Positions 18,253 to 25,292 of a stretch of 64,000 nucleotides of DNA are shown piece after piece. The notes below the pieces were generated by a model, which made no database searches, was not told the origin of the DNA, and saw only the letters and a list, made by a program, of their open reading frames with translations. The translations under genes were made by a program, and so were the position numbers. This stretch comes from Actinomycetaceae bacterium (GTDB lineage Bacteria > Actinomycetota > Actinomycetes > Actinomycetales > Actinomycetaceae), in the NCBI GenBank assembly GCA_030532405.1, contig JAUNLF010000004.1, forward strand, positions 62,342 to 126,341, given 5' to 3'. How positions within the stretch are numbered: the stretch's first letter is position 1; each line of letters opens with the position of its first letter.

Positions 18253-19959
18253 ATGACTGAAAAAACTGATGTGACAAATGAGGCCGTAGACGTGTCGGCA
18301 GCAACCCGAGCTGACAGTACGTCTGGTGCGCCGAATGGGGCGGACTCTAAGCCCTTTGCAATCACTTTGGACGTGGGGTCGTCTTTGGCGAACGAAACCG
18401 GGTCGTGGCGCACTGAGCGTCCGATCTACGTGGACTTGCTGCCCCCGTGTAATAAGGCGTGCCCGGCTGGTGAGAATGTTCAGCAGTGGCTGTATCACGC
18501 GGAGGAGGGCGACTACGAGTCCGCGTGGCGCGAGATCATGGTGAACAACCCGATGCCCGCGGTGATGGGGCGCGTGTGCTACCACCCGTGCCAAACCATG
18601 TGTAACCGCGGCAAGGTTGACGAGACGGTTGGTATTAACTCGGTTGAGCGTTTCCTGGGCGATAAGGCGCTTAAGGAGGGTTGGACTGTCGACCAGGTTA
18701 ACGAGGACACGGGTAAGAACGTGCTGATTGTTGGCGCGGGCCCGTCCGGCCTGTCGGCCGCGTACCACCTGCGTCGTTTCGGCCATAACGTGACGATTTA
18801 TGAGGCTGGCCCGATGGCTGGCGGCATGATGCGTTTTGGCATCCCGTCGTACCGTTTGCCGCGAAATATTCTCGAGGGCGAAATCAAGCGCATTGAGGAC
18901 ATGGGCGTCAACATTGTTTTGAATAAGAAGGTTGACAATGTTGAGGACGTGAAGGACGACTTCGACGCGGTATTCCTAGCGGTTGGTGCTCACATTGGTA
19001 AGCGCGCTTACGTTCCGGCGGGCGAGTCGGCAAAGATTATGGACGCGGTTTCCATGCTTTCCGAGGTCGAGACCGGTGATAAGCCGCTGCTGGGCCGTCG
19101 CGTTGTGGTTTACGGTGGTGGCAACACGGCTGTTGATGCTGCCCGCACCGCGCGCCGTTTGGGCGCGGAAGAGGCTGTGATTTTGTACCGCCGCACCCGC
19201 GACCGCATGCCTGCCCATGATTCTGAGGTCCGTGAGGCTGAGGAAGAGGGCATCATGATGCGCTGGCTGTCAACGGTTAAGCACGTTGACGGCGGTTCGA
19301 TCACGATCGAGAAGATGGAGCTGGATGAGAAGGGCTTCCCGCAGCCGACCGGCGAGTTCGAGGAGCTTGGCGCTGACTCTCTGATTATGGCTTTGGGTCA
19401 AGAGGCTGACCTGTCTTTGATTGAGAATGCTGAGGGAATCGAAATCAAGGATGGCGTCGTCGAGGTCGACAGGCAGATGATGACCGGCCTTGAGGGCGTG
19501 TTTGCTGGCGGCGACATGGTTCCGTCGGAGCGCACGGTGACTGTCGCTATTGGCCACGGTAAGAAGGCGGCCCGCTACATTGATGCTTACTTGCGCGGGT
19601 CGGAGTACCATCCGAAGCCCAAGCATGATGATGCGAGCTTTGACCGCATGACGACTTGGTACTACGCGGATGCGCCGCGTCGTATTCGCGCTCGCCTTGA
19701 GGGCCCGCGTCGTGCGTCCACGTTCGATGAGGTCGTGCAGGGTCTGGATGAGGAATCGGCACTGTTTGAGGCTCGCCGTTGCATGTCGTGCGGTAACTGT
19801 TTCGGCTGTGACAACTGCTTCGGCGTGTGCCCTGACAACGCGATCACGAAGATTAAGCCCGGCGAGTACGAGTTCAAGTACGACTACTGCAAGGGTTGCG
19901 GTATTTGTGCTGAAGAGTGCCCGTGCGGTGCCATCTCGATGATCCCCGAGGAGGTTTAA
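18253..19959 (+). CDS. GltD/NfnB-like NAD(P)H:FAD oxidoreductase fused to a C-terminal 2x[4Fe-4S] ferredoxin (PorD-like) domain
   Basis: N-terminal Cys motifs CNKACPAGENV and CYHPCQTMCNRG. Two Rossmann motifs, VLIVGAGPSGLSAA and VVVYGGGNTAVDAA. C-terminal CMSCGNCFGCDNCFGVCP and CKGCGICAEECP. It starts 3 nt after the beta subunit. Confidence 0.8.
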   Translation: MTEKTDVTNEAVDVSAATRADSTSGAPNGADSKPFAITLDVGSSLANETGSWRTERPIYVDLLPPCNKACPAGENVQQWLYHAEEGDYESAWREIMVNNPMPAVMGRVCYHPCQTMCNRGKVDETVGINSVERFLGDKALKEGWTVDQVNEDTGKNVLIVGAGPSGLSAAYHLRRFGHNVTIYEAGPMAGGMMRFGIPSYRLPRNILEGEIKRIEDMGVNIVLNKKVDNVEDVKDDFDAVFLAVGAHIGKRAYVPAGESAKIMDAVSMLSEVETGDKPLLGRRVVVYGGGNTAVDAARTARRLGAEEAVILYRRTRDRMPAHDSEVREAEEEGIMMRWLSTVKHVDGGSITIEKMELDEKGFPQPTGEFEELGADSLIMALGQEADLSLIENAEGIEIKDGVVEVDRQMMTGLEGVFAGGDMVPSERTVTVAIGHGKKAARYIDAYLRGSEYHPKPKHDDASFDRMTTWYYADAPRRIRARLEGPRRASTFDEVVQGLDEESALFEARRCMSCGNCFGCDNCFGVCPDNAITKIKPGEYEFKYDYCKGCGICAEECPCGAISMIPEEV

Positions 19960-19993
19960 CCTTTAACCGCCGCGCAGGCGGACAGGTGTGAGT

Positions 19994-20029
19994 GGCCCCT
20001 GAAGTTGGATTCGTCCAACTTCAGGGGCC
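19994..20029 (+). terminator. Stem-loop terminator candidate after the oxidoreductase operon
   Basis: GGCCCCTGAAGTTGGA / TCCAACTTCAGGGGCC form a 16-bp perfect stem with a 4-nt loop. The downstream T-tract is weak (CATTTATATAAATT). Confidence 0.65.
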
Positions 20030-20141
20030 GTCCTCATTTATATAAATTCCCCGCGTGGCCAACGCCCGTGGCGGCCGGATTTTCGCCCACTGTTAGAGGC
20101 CGCGCGCACGGCTGGCGCCGCGCGGTTGCTAAGCTTCAAGG

Positions 20142-21080
20142 GTGAAGCAACTGCAGTCCATATCTATCGTCGTTCCTTGCTACAACGAGGAGGGGTCGCT
20201 GAGGCGCCTGGCCGCCCAGCTGCAAACGAGCCTGGAGTCGGCGGGCTACTCGTGGAATCTGATCCTGGTTGACGACGGGTCGCGCGACGACACCGCGCGG
20301 ATTATCACCGAACTTGCCCAGCAGCACGCCCACATCAAAGGTGTGTTGCTGTCGCGAAACTTCGGTAAAGAATCCGCGATGCTCGCGGGCCTCACCTACG
20401 CGGATGGCGACGCGACGCTCATCATGGATGCGGACATGCAGCACCCTCCGCAGCTGGTGCCGCAGCTCGTTGAAAAAATGGTTGAAACCGGTGCCGACCA
20501 GGTGGTAGCAATCCGCGACCGCGTAGGCGATTCCAGGTTCCGATCCGCCCTCGCACGCCTTTATTACAAGATTGCAAATAGATTAATGGAGGACGTTGAG
20601 CTAATCGATGGGGCTGGCGACTTCCGCCTGCTTTCGCGCCGTGCTGTGGAAACACTGCTGGCGTTGGACGAGCGGCAGCGGTTTTCGAAGGGCTTGTTCT
20701 CTTGGATTGGGTACCCGACAGAGACGATTAGGTACGCGAATCAGGCGTCGAATAGAGAGCGGTCAACGTGGTCGTTTAGTTCGCTACTCGACTACGGGAT
20801 GGACGGCATCATGTCGTTCAACGCGAAGCCCCTCCGAGTTGTCGCAGTCATCGGCGGGATCGGGTTCGCGATAGCGTTTATTTACTTCATCTGGGTACTA
20901 GTGCAGTGGGCGTTGAACGGCGTTGACGCGCCCGGATACATTACGATGATCGCCTCGGTCATCGGATTTGGCGGCATCCAGCTTCTAGCTCTCGGTGTCA
21001 TCGGAGAGTACGTGGGCCGCATATATCGAGAGGTCAAAGCCCGCCCTCATTTTGTCGTCAAAGACGAGCTGGGCTTCTAA
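20142..21080 (+). CDS. Family 2 glycosyltransferase, polyprenyl-phosphate sugar transferase type (GtrB/ArnC/DPM1-like)
   Basis: SIVVPCYNEE, LVDDGSRD and MDADMQH (DXD), plus two C-terminal TM helices. It uses a GTG start. Confidence 0.85.
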   Translation: MKQLQSISIVVPCYNEEGSLRRLAAQLQTSLESAGYSWNLILVDDGSRDDTARIITELAQQHAHIKGVLLSRNFGKESAMLAGLTYADGDATLIMDADMQHPPQLVPQLVEKMVETGADQVVAIRDRVGDSRFRSALARLYYKIANRLMEDVELIDGAGDFRLLSRRAVETLLALDERQRFSKGLFSWIGYPTETIRYANQASNRERSTWSFSSLLDYGMDGIMSFNAKPLRVVAVIGGIGFAIAFIYFIWVLVQWALNGVDAPGYITMIASVIGFGGIQLLALGVIGEYVGRIYREVKARPHFVVKDELGF

Positions 21081-21083
21081 CGC

Positions 21084-21160
21084 CCGCGTTGAACTTCCCA
21101 CTTAACATAACACCTACTTCCCACAGTGTTATGTTGAGTGTTAAGTAAGTGGGAAGTTGG
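21084..21160 (+). repeat. Copy A of ~70-nt hairpin repeat
   Basis: GCGTTGAACTTCCCACTTAACATAACACCTACTTCCCACAGTGTTATGTTGAGTGTTAAGTAAGTGG. The arms are 21100-21113 (ACTTAACATAACAC) and 21126-21139 (GTGTTATGTTGAGT). It starts 4 nt after the GT2 stop and ends 14 nt before the antitoxin stop. Confidence 0.9.
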
Positions 21161-21173
21161 CAAGCGGCGCCGA

Positions 21174-21416
21174 CTACCAAGTAGGCTCGGTGGACGCCTC
21201 TTTTAGTCCAGCTTTTTGACCGTTCTGAACTGACTCGACCATTCCTGGGATCGACTGAAGGTACAGGGTCTCTTGGACTGAGATCCACGTGTCTTCGCTT
21301 ATTAACACCGCATTTTTTCGTTTACCGACTATAACAATAGGGTCATCTACGCCACTGAACCCAGCGATAATTTGCTCCAGATTCACAGCGGCATCCTCGG
21401 CTGTAATAGTCCTCAT
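21174..21416 (-). CDS. Phd/YefM family type II antitoxin (no cognate toxin gene adjacent)
   Basis: MRTITAEDAAVNLEQIIAGF...PIVIVGKRKNAVLISEDTWISVQETLYLQSIPG is the typical YefM/Phd fold sequence. I prefer the start at M11 of the track ORF (21416). Local GC is about 42% by hand count of one 60-nt line. Confidence 0.8.
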   Translation of the reverse strand: MRTITAEDAAVNLEQIIAGFSGVDDPIVIVGKRKNAVLISEDTWISVQETLYLQSIPGMVESVQNGQKAGLKEASTEPTW

Positions 21417-21507
21417 GTCGACAACGTATGCAATAACGAGTCGCACATCAATACCCTCGTGTCTGATCCTTCCATGTGGAGGGCGAAATCCGGATGCGCA
21501 TCGAGCC

Positions 21508-21570
21508 TTAACTTCCCACTTAACATAACACTAACTTCCCACAGTGTTATGTTAAGTGTTATGTTTGGTG
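21508..21570 (+). repeat. Copy B of ~70-nt hairpin repeat (perfect 14-bp stem)
   Basis: TTAACTTCCCACTTAACATAACACTAACTTCCCACAGTGTTATGTTAAGTGTTATG. The arms at 21518-21531 and 21544-21557 are perfectly complementary. It lies in the divergent intergenic region between the antitoxin and the AlbA_2 gene. Confidence 0.9.
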
Positions 21571-21595
21571 TTGAGCTAGGTTAGGCGGGTGCTCA

Positions 21596-23017
21596 ATGGA
21601 TGTTGAAAATATTGTTCTCAATCTAAGGATGCTGGGCAAGGACGACCAGACTGTCGAAGCTAAAGAGGGTGTGGGAAAGTCGATTCTTGAAACTCTTAGC
21701 GCATTTGCCAACAGCGGGGGAGGCATTGTTCTTGTAGGCATATCCGAGTCGCAAGGGTTTCAGATAGTTCCAGGTTTTGACGCCAAGCAGGCGGCTGACC
21801 AAATCCGAGACCGCGGAGAGCAAATCACCCCTCCGGTACGTCCAACCATATCGATCGTGCCTTTTGAAGGTGGCGATCTCGTAGTTGCCGAAGTTGATGG
21901 ATTCCCATCGCAGGATAAACCGGCATACGTTACTAATCGCGGTATGTACGGGGGTAGCTTTCAGCGTGTTGGGGATGCAGATATTAGGTTAACCCAGTAC
22001 GAGGTTGACCGAATGCGTGAAGAACGCACGCAACCTCGTTGGGACGAGCAACCTGTTCCGGGCGCTCGCCTTGCCGATTTGAATTCCGGGATGTTGGAGA
22101 GTTTTGTCGCTAAACAACGGTCTAGCAGACCGAAAACGTTTGCCGATGGAGACACCGTTGCCCTACAGAGGTTGAGGGTGCTTCGTGGTGAGGAGCTAAC
22201 GCTTGCCGCGCTACTTGCTATGGGGGACTACCCGCAGGAGTACTATCCGCGACTTACAGTTGCGTTCTCGGTCTACCCTGGAACATCAAAGGGTGACGTT
22301 ACTACTGGATTTCGCTTCCTGGATCGAAAGACTGTGAGCGGTTCGATTCCAGAAATTGTAGAGACAACTGTAGAACTTGTTTCTAACAATATGCGCTCAG
22401 GTGCTTTGATTGGAGATGTTTTCCGTAAGGAAATACAAGACTATCCCCTGGTGGCTGTCAGAGAAGCGATAGTTAATGCGTTAATGCACCGAGACTATTC
22501 TGAGCAGTCTCAGGGGAGTCAGGTTCAGGTGAACATGTTTGTAGATCGCCTTGAAATCATGAGTCCGGGTGGTCTTTATGGTGGGGTCACGCTGCAAACA
22601 TTGGGGGAGGTAGGGGCTAGTTCAACCCGAAACCAGCGTTTAGCCACATTCCTTGAATCTGTAGAGTTCCCCGGAGGAGGCATAGTTGCTGAAGGTCGTG
22701 GCACAGGACTTGCCGTTATCGGAAAGTCATTGGCAGAAAACCTGCAACCCGAGCCTAGTTTTAGAGCTGATCTAAATAGTTTCACCATTACTTTCTATAG
22801 GCGTCGTGTAGCACCTCAAGAAAAATACGCGACTGCTGAAGATCGTGTCCGGCAGGTGTTTAGCGGAGTCGAATCCGCGTCCACAACCGAACTCGTTAGC
22901 GAAACAGGGCTCAGCCGAACTGCGGTTCAAAAAGCAATCAACAAACTGATCGATGAAGATTTCCTAGAGCCCACAGAGCCGCATAGAAGTCCCAGACAAC
23001 GGTATCGAAGACTGTAA
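21596..23017 (+). CDS. AlbA_2 (Schlafen-like) DNA-binding domain + HATPase_c_4-like domain + C-terminal winged-helix protein
   Basis: N-terminal DQTVEAKEGVGKSILETLSAFANSGGGIVLVGI is the AlbA_2 motif. The central REAIVNALMHRDYS...VDRLEIMSPGGL is a divergent ATPase-like domain. The C-terminal TTELVSETGLSRTAVQKAINKLIDEDFLE is an HTH. Two sample lines counted by hand gave 38-50% GC, against 60-67% in flanking genes. Confidence 0.8.
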   Translation: MDVENIVLNLRMLGKDDQTVEAKEGVGKSILETLSAFANSGGGIVLVGISESQGFQIVPGFDAKQAADQIRDRGEQITPPVRPTISIVPFEGGDLVVAEVDGFPSQDKPAYVTNRGMYGGSFQRVGDADIRLTQYEVDRMREERTQPRWDEQPVPGARLADLNSGMLESFVAKQRSSRPKTFADGDTVALQRLRVLRGEELTLAALLAMGDYPQEYYPRLTVAFSVYPGTSKGDVTTGFRFLDRKTVSGSIPEIVETTVELVSNNMRSGALIGDVFRKEIQDYPLVAVREAIVNALMHRDYSEQSQGSQVQVNMFVDRLEIMSPGGLYGGVTLQTLGEVGASSTRNQRLATFLESVEFPGGGIVAEGRGTGLAVIGKSLAENLQPEPSFRADLNSFTITFYRRRVAPQEKYATAEDRVRQVFSGVESASTTELVSETGLSRTAVQKAINKLIDEDFLEPTEPHRSPRQRYRRL

Positions 23018-23035
23018 ACAGCGGAGTCTACGCGT

Positions 23036-23104
23036 GCGCGTTGAACTTCCCACTGGACATAACACTAGCTTCCCACAGTGTTATGTTAAGTGTTAAGTAA
23101 GTGG
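23036..23104 (+). repeat. Copy C of ~70-nt hairpin repeat
   Basis: GCGCGTTGAACTTCCCACTGGACATAACACTAGCTTCCCACAGTGTTATGTTAAGTGTTAAGTAAGTGG. The arms are 23052-23065 and 23078-23091. By hand alignment it matches copy A at about 62 of 67 positions. It ends about 20 nt before the hydrolase start. Confidence 0.9.
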
Positions 23105-23123
23105 CATGAGGAAGGGTGATCAC

Positions 23124-23891
23124 ATGGGCCAACACGAAGTTGAGTTCGAAGGCGCTCGCGGGCTGAAACTCGCCGGCATCTTGGACACGCCCGAAGGGGC
23201 CGTCAAAACGTGGGCTGTGATCGCGCATTGTTTCACGTGCAACAAATCAGTTCCCGCGGTGTCACGCATTGCAAAGTCGCTGAACAAGCTCGGTATTGGC
23301 GTGCTCCGGTTCGACTTCGCCGGCCTCGGAGCATCCGCTGGAAAGTTCACGGAATCAACATTTTCCGCGGACGTTGAAGACCTAAAAGCGGCTTGTAAAT
23401 GGATGGAGGGCGAAGGCCGAACCCCAAAGCTTTTGATTGGCCATTCGCTCGGCGGCGCGGCGGTGCTCGCAGCCGCGGGAGACATCCCCTCGGTCGTAGC
23501 GGTCGCCACCATTGCGGCGCCCTCCGACCCCGGACACGTTGCGGAACTACTAAAAGACCGACTAGCGCCCGTCTACGAAGCCGGCGTTGCCGAAATCCAA
23601 ATAGCCGGCCACACGATGATGGTGGGGGCGCCCCTATTTGACGACCTGACGAGCCAAAACGAGCATCACGAGCGCATCCGGAACCTGAATGCCGCGCTAC
23701 TGGTGATGCACTCGCCGCAAGACAGGGTGGTAGATATCCACAACGCGATGGATATCTACCGAACCGCTGAAATGCCGAAGAGCTTCATCGCCTTTGACGG
23801 CGCCGATCACCTTATGACAAAAAAGGGCGTCGCAGCGTGGGCGGGCGAAATGATCGCCGCGTGGGCCTCACGCTACGTGAGCGACCTATAA
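23124..23891 (+). CDS. Alpha/beta hydrolase
   Basis: GHSLGG nucleophile elbow and a C-terminal FDGADH. The ATG at 23124 is preceded by AGGAAGGG; the track start at 23106 has no RBS. Confidence 0.75.
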   Translation: MGQHEVEFEGARGLKLAGILDTPEGAVKTWAVIAHCFTCNKSVPAVSRIAKSLNKLGIGVLRFDFAGLGASAGKFTESTFSADVEDLKAACKWMEGEGRTPKLLIGHSLGGAAVLAAAGDIPSVVAVATIAAPSDPGHVAELLKDRLAPVYEAGVAEIQIAGHTMMVGAPLFDDLTSQNEHHERIRNLNAALLVMHSPQDRVVDIHNAMDIYRTAEMPKSFIAFDGADHLMTKKGVAAWAGEMIAAWASRYVSDL

Positions 23892-25292
23892 CCTGCTAGC
23901 CAAAATCTGGTCTGCACTAGCAACAATCGCACTAATCACCTCAGCGTCACCCGCAAGTGAGGGCGCAACAAACTCCAAAACCGCAGCCGCATCCTCCTCA
24001 ACAGACCTACCAACCAGGCCCGTCACACGGTCCGCATACGCGTCCTTCACCGGTGCGCCGTGACCCTGCAGGTGCAACATCCATGCCGCAACCGCCCTCA
24101 CCGCGCCCGCCGGCAGCTCGCCCTCATTACGCAATCGCACGAGTGTAGGCGAAATTCGAACCGGGATCTTCTGCGAACCATCATGCGCGATCTGAGCCAA
24201 CAGGTGACGAATATTCGGGTTCTCGTAGCGTTCAATTAGAGCCTTCGCGTACTCCTCCCACTCAACAGACAACCCAGAACCCGCTTCGGACCACCACTGC
24301 TCGACCCAAGACCGAACAGTCGCATCCGCAATCGCCTCACCAACCGTTTCAAACCCCAGAATCGACCCCGCGTAAGCCATCAGCGAATGCGAACCATTCA
24401 GCATCCACAGTTTGCGTTGCTCAAAAGGTTCAACATCCTCCACAACCTGCGCTCCGGCCGACTCCCAGTCGGGACGACCAGCGGGAAAATCACCAGAAAT
24501 AACCCACTCGCTAAACGGTTCCGTCGGCACCGGGGAAGCGTCCAGGTAGCCCTGCGCGCGTTCGACCTCGTCGCGCTCATCATCAGTCGTCGCGGGCGTA
24601 ATACGATCCACCATGCAGGTCGCCCACGCGACATTGTCGGCCGCCCACTCCAAAATTGACGAGTCCACTGCCTTTGCCGCATCCTTAACGACCCTCGAAA
24701 ACGCGGAACCATTATCCGGAATGTTGTCGCACGGCAACACCGTCAACTTCGTCGCTCCAGAAATCCTACGAGCAAGCAACCCCGCCAAAATGCGCGCCGG
24801 CGCAGTCGACACCCGCAACGACTTCACATCATCAACGCTGTAGTCACCGCCCTCCACCAGGCCCTTCAACGCAGCGAGGTCGCTAGCAACGTCCTCATTT
24901 TCAACATCCAACGACCCATCATCGCGCCGGCAGTAGCCCGCCTCGGTGACGGTCGAAGTTACCACCGCCAAATCCTCGGATGTGAAGTACTCGATTAACT
25001 GTGCAAAATCGGACGCGGGGTGGACGCGCGAAAGTGAAGAAATGACCTCGAATGAATCACCCTCATTACCCTTCGTAACAAGCGTGTACAGGCCATCTTG
25101 CGGTTCGAGTAGTTCCGCCATCGTTGGGCGCCGCCCCGTAAATGCTGCAATCCCCCAGTCGTTCGCGTCGCTAGCGTGCTCGGTGTACCACGCCTGGTGC
25201 GCGCGAGTGAAGTTCCCCAAACCTATGTGCACCATCTTGATAGGTGCGGCGGGACGGCCGTGCGATTCACGCGTTAACTTAGGTGCGCTCAT
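23886..25292 (-). CDS. Mannitol dehydrogenase family oxidoreductase, fructuronate reductase (UxuB)-like
   Basis: MVHIGLGNFTRAHQAWYT and VTSTVTEAGY resemble the E. coli UxuB motifs (IVHLGCGAFHRAHQA, SLTVTEKGY; from memory). It overlaps the uxaC stop by 4 nt. Confidence 0.75.
   Translation of the reverse strand: MSAPKLTRESHGRPAAPIKMVHIGLGNFTRAHQAWYTEHASDANDWGIAAFTGRRPTMAELLEPQDGLYTLVTKGNEGDSFEVISSLSRVHPASDFAQLIEYFTSEDLAVVTSTVTEAGYCRRDDGSLDVENEDVASDLAALKGLVEGGDYSVDDVKSLRVSTAPARILAGLLARRISGATKLTVLPCDNIPDNGSAFSRVVKDAAKAVDSSILEWAADNVAWATCMVDRITPATTDDERDEVERAQGYLDASPVPTEPFSEWVISGDFPAGRPDWESAGAQVVEDVEPFEQRKLWMLNGSHSLMAYAGSILGFETVGEAIADATVRSWVEQWWSEAGSGLSVEWEEYAKALIERYENPNIRHLLAQIAHDGSQKIPVRISPTLVRLRNEGELPAGAVRAVAAWMLHLQGHGAPVKDAYADRVTGLVGRSVEEDAAAVLEFVAPSLAGDAEVISAIVASADQILASRL

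Noticed and set aside
21058-21288. 76-aa minus-strand ORF downstream of the antitoxin, considered as a possible missing toxin.
   Set aside because: It overlaps the antitoxin in another frame, and its C-terminal half is encoded by repeat copy A. A near-identical peptide (YLTLNITLWE...SGKFNA) arises from copy C (23028..23228), so it is a by-product of the repeat.
21084-23104. Classical integron cassette array (attC sites) or a genuine chromosomal dif site.
   Set aside because: No intI-type integrase or attI is present. The stems span about 40 nt, shorter than the usual attC range, and lack the typical extrahelical bases. The two XerD-like arms are separated by 18 nt rather than the 6-nt dif spacer, and there is no XerC-type arm. 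The locus is also origin-proximal. I keep only the weaker claim of Xer-arm-like or cassette-boundary-like repeats.
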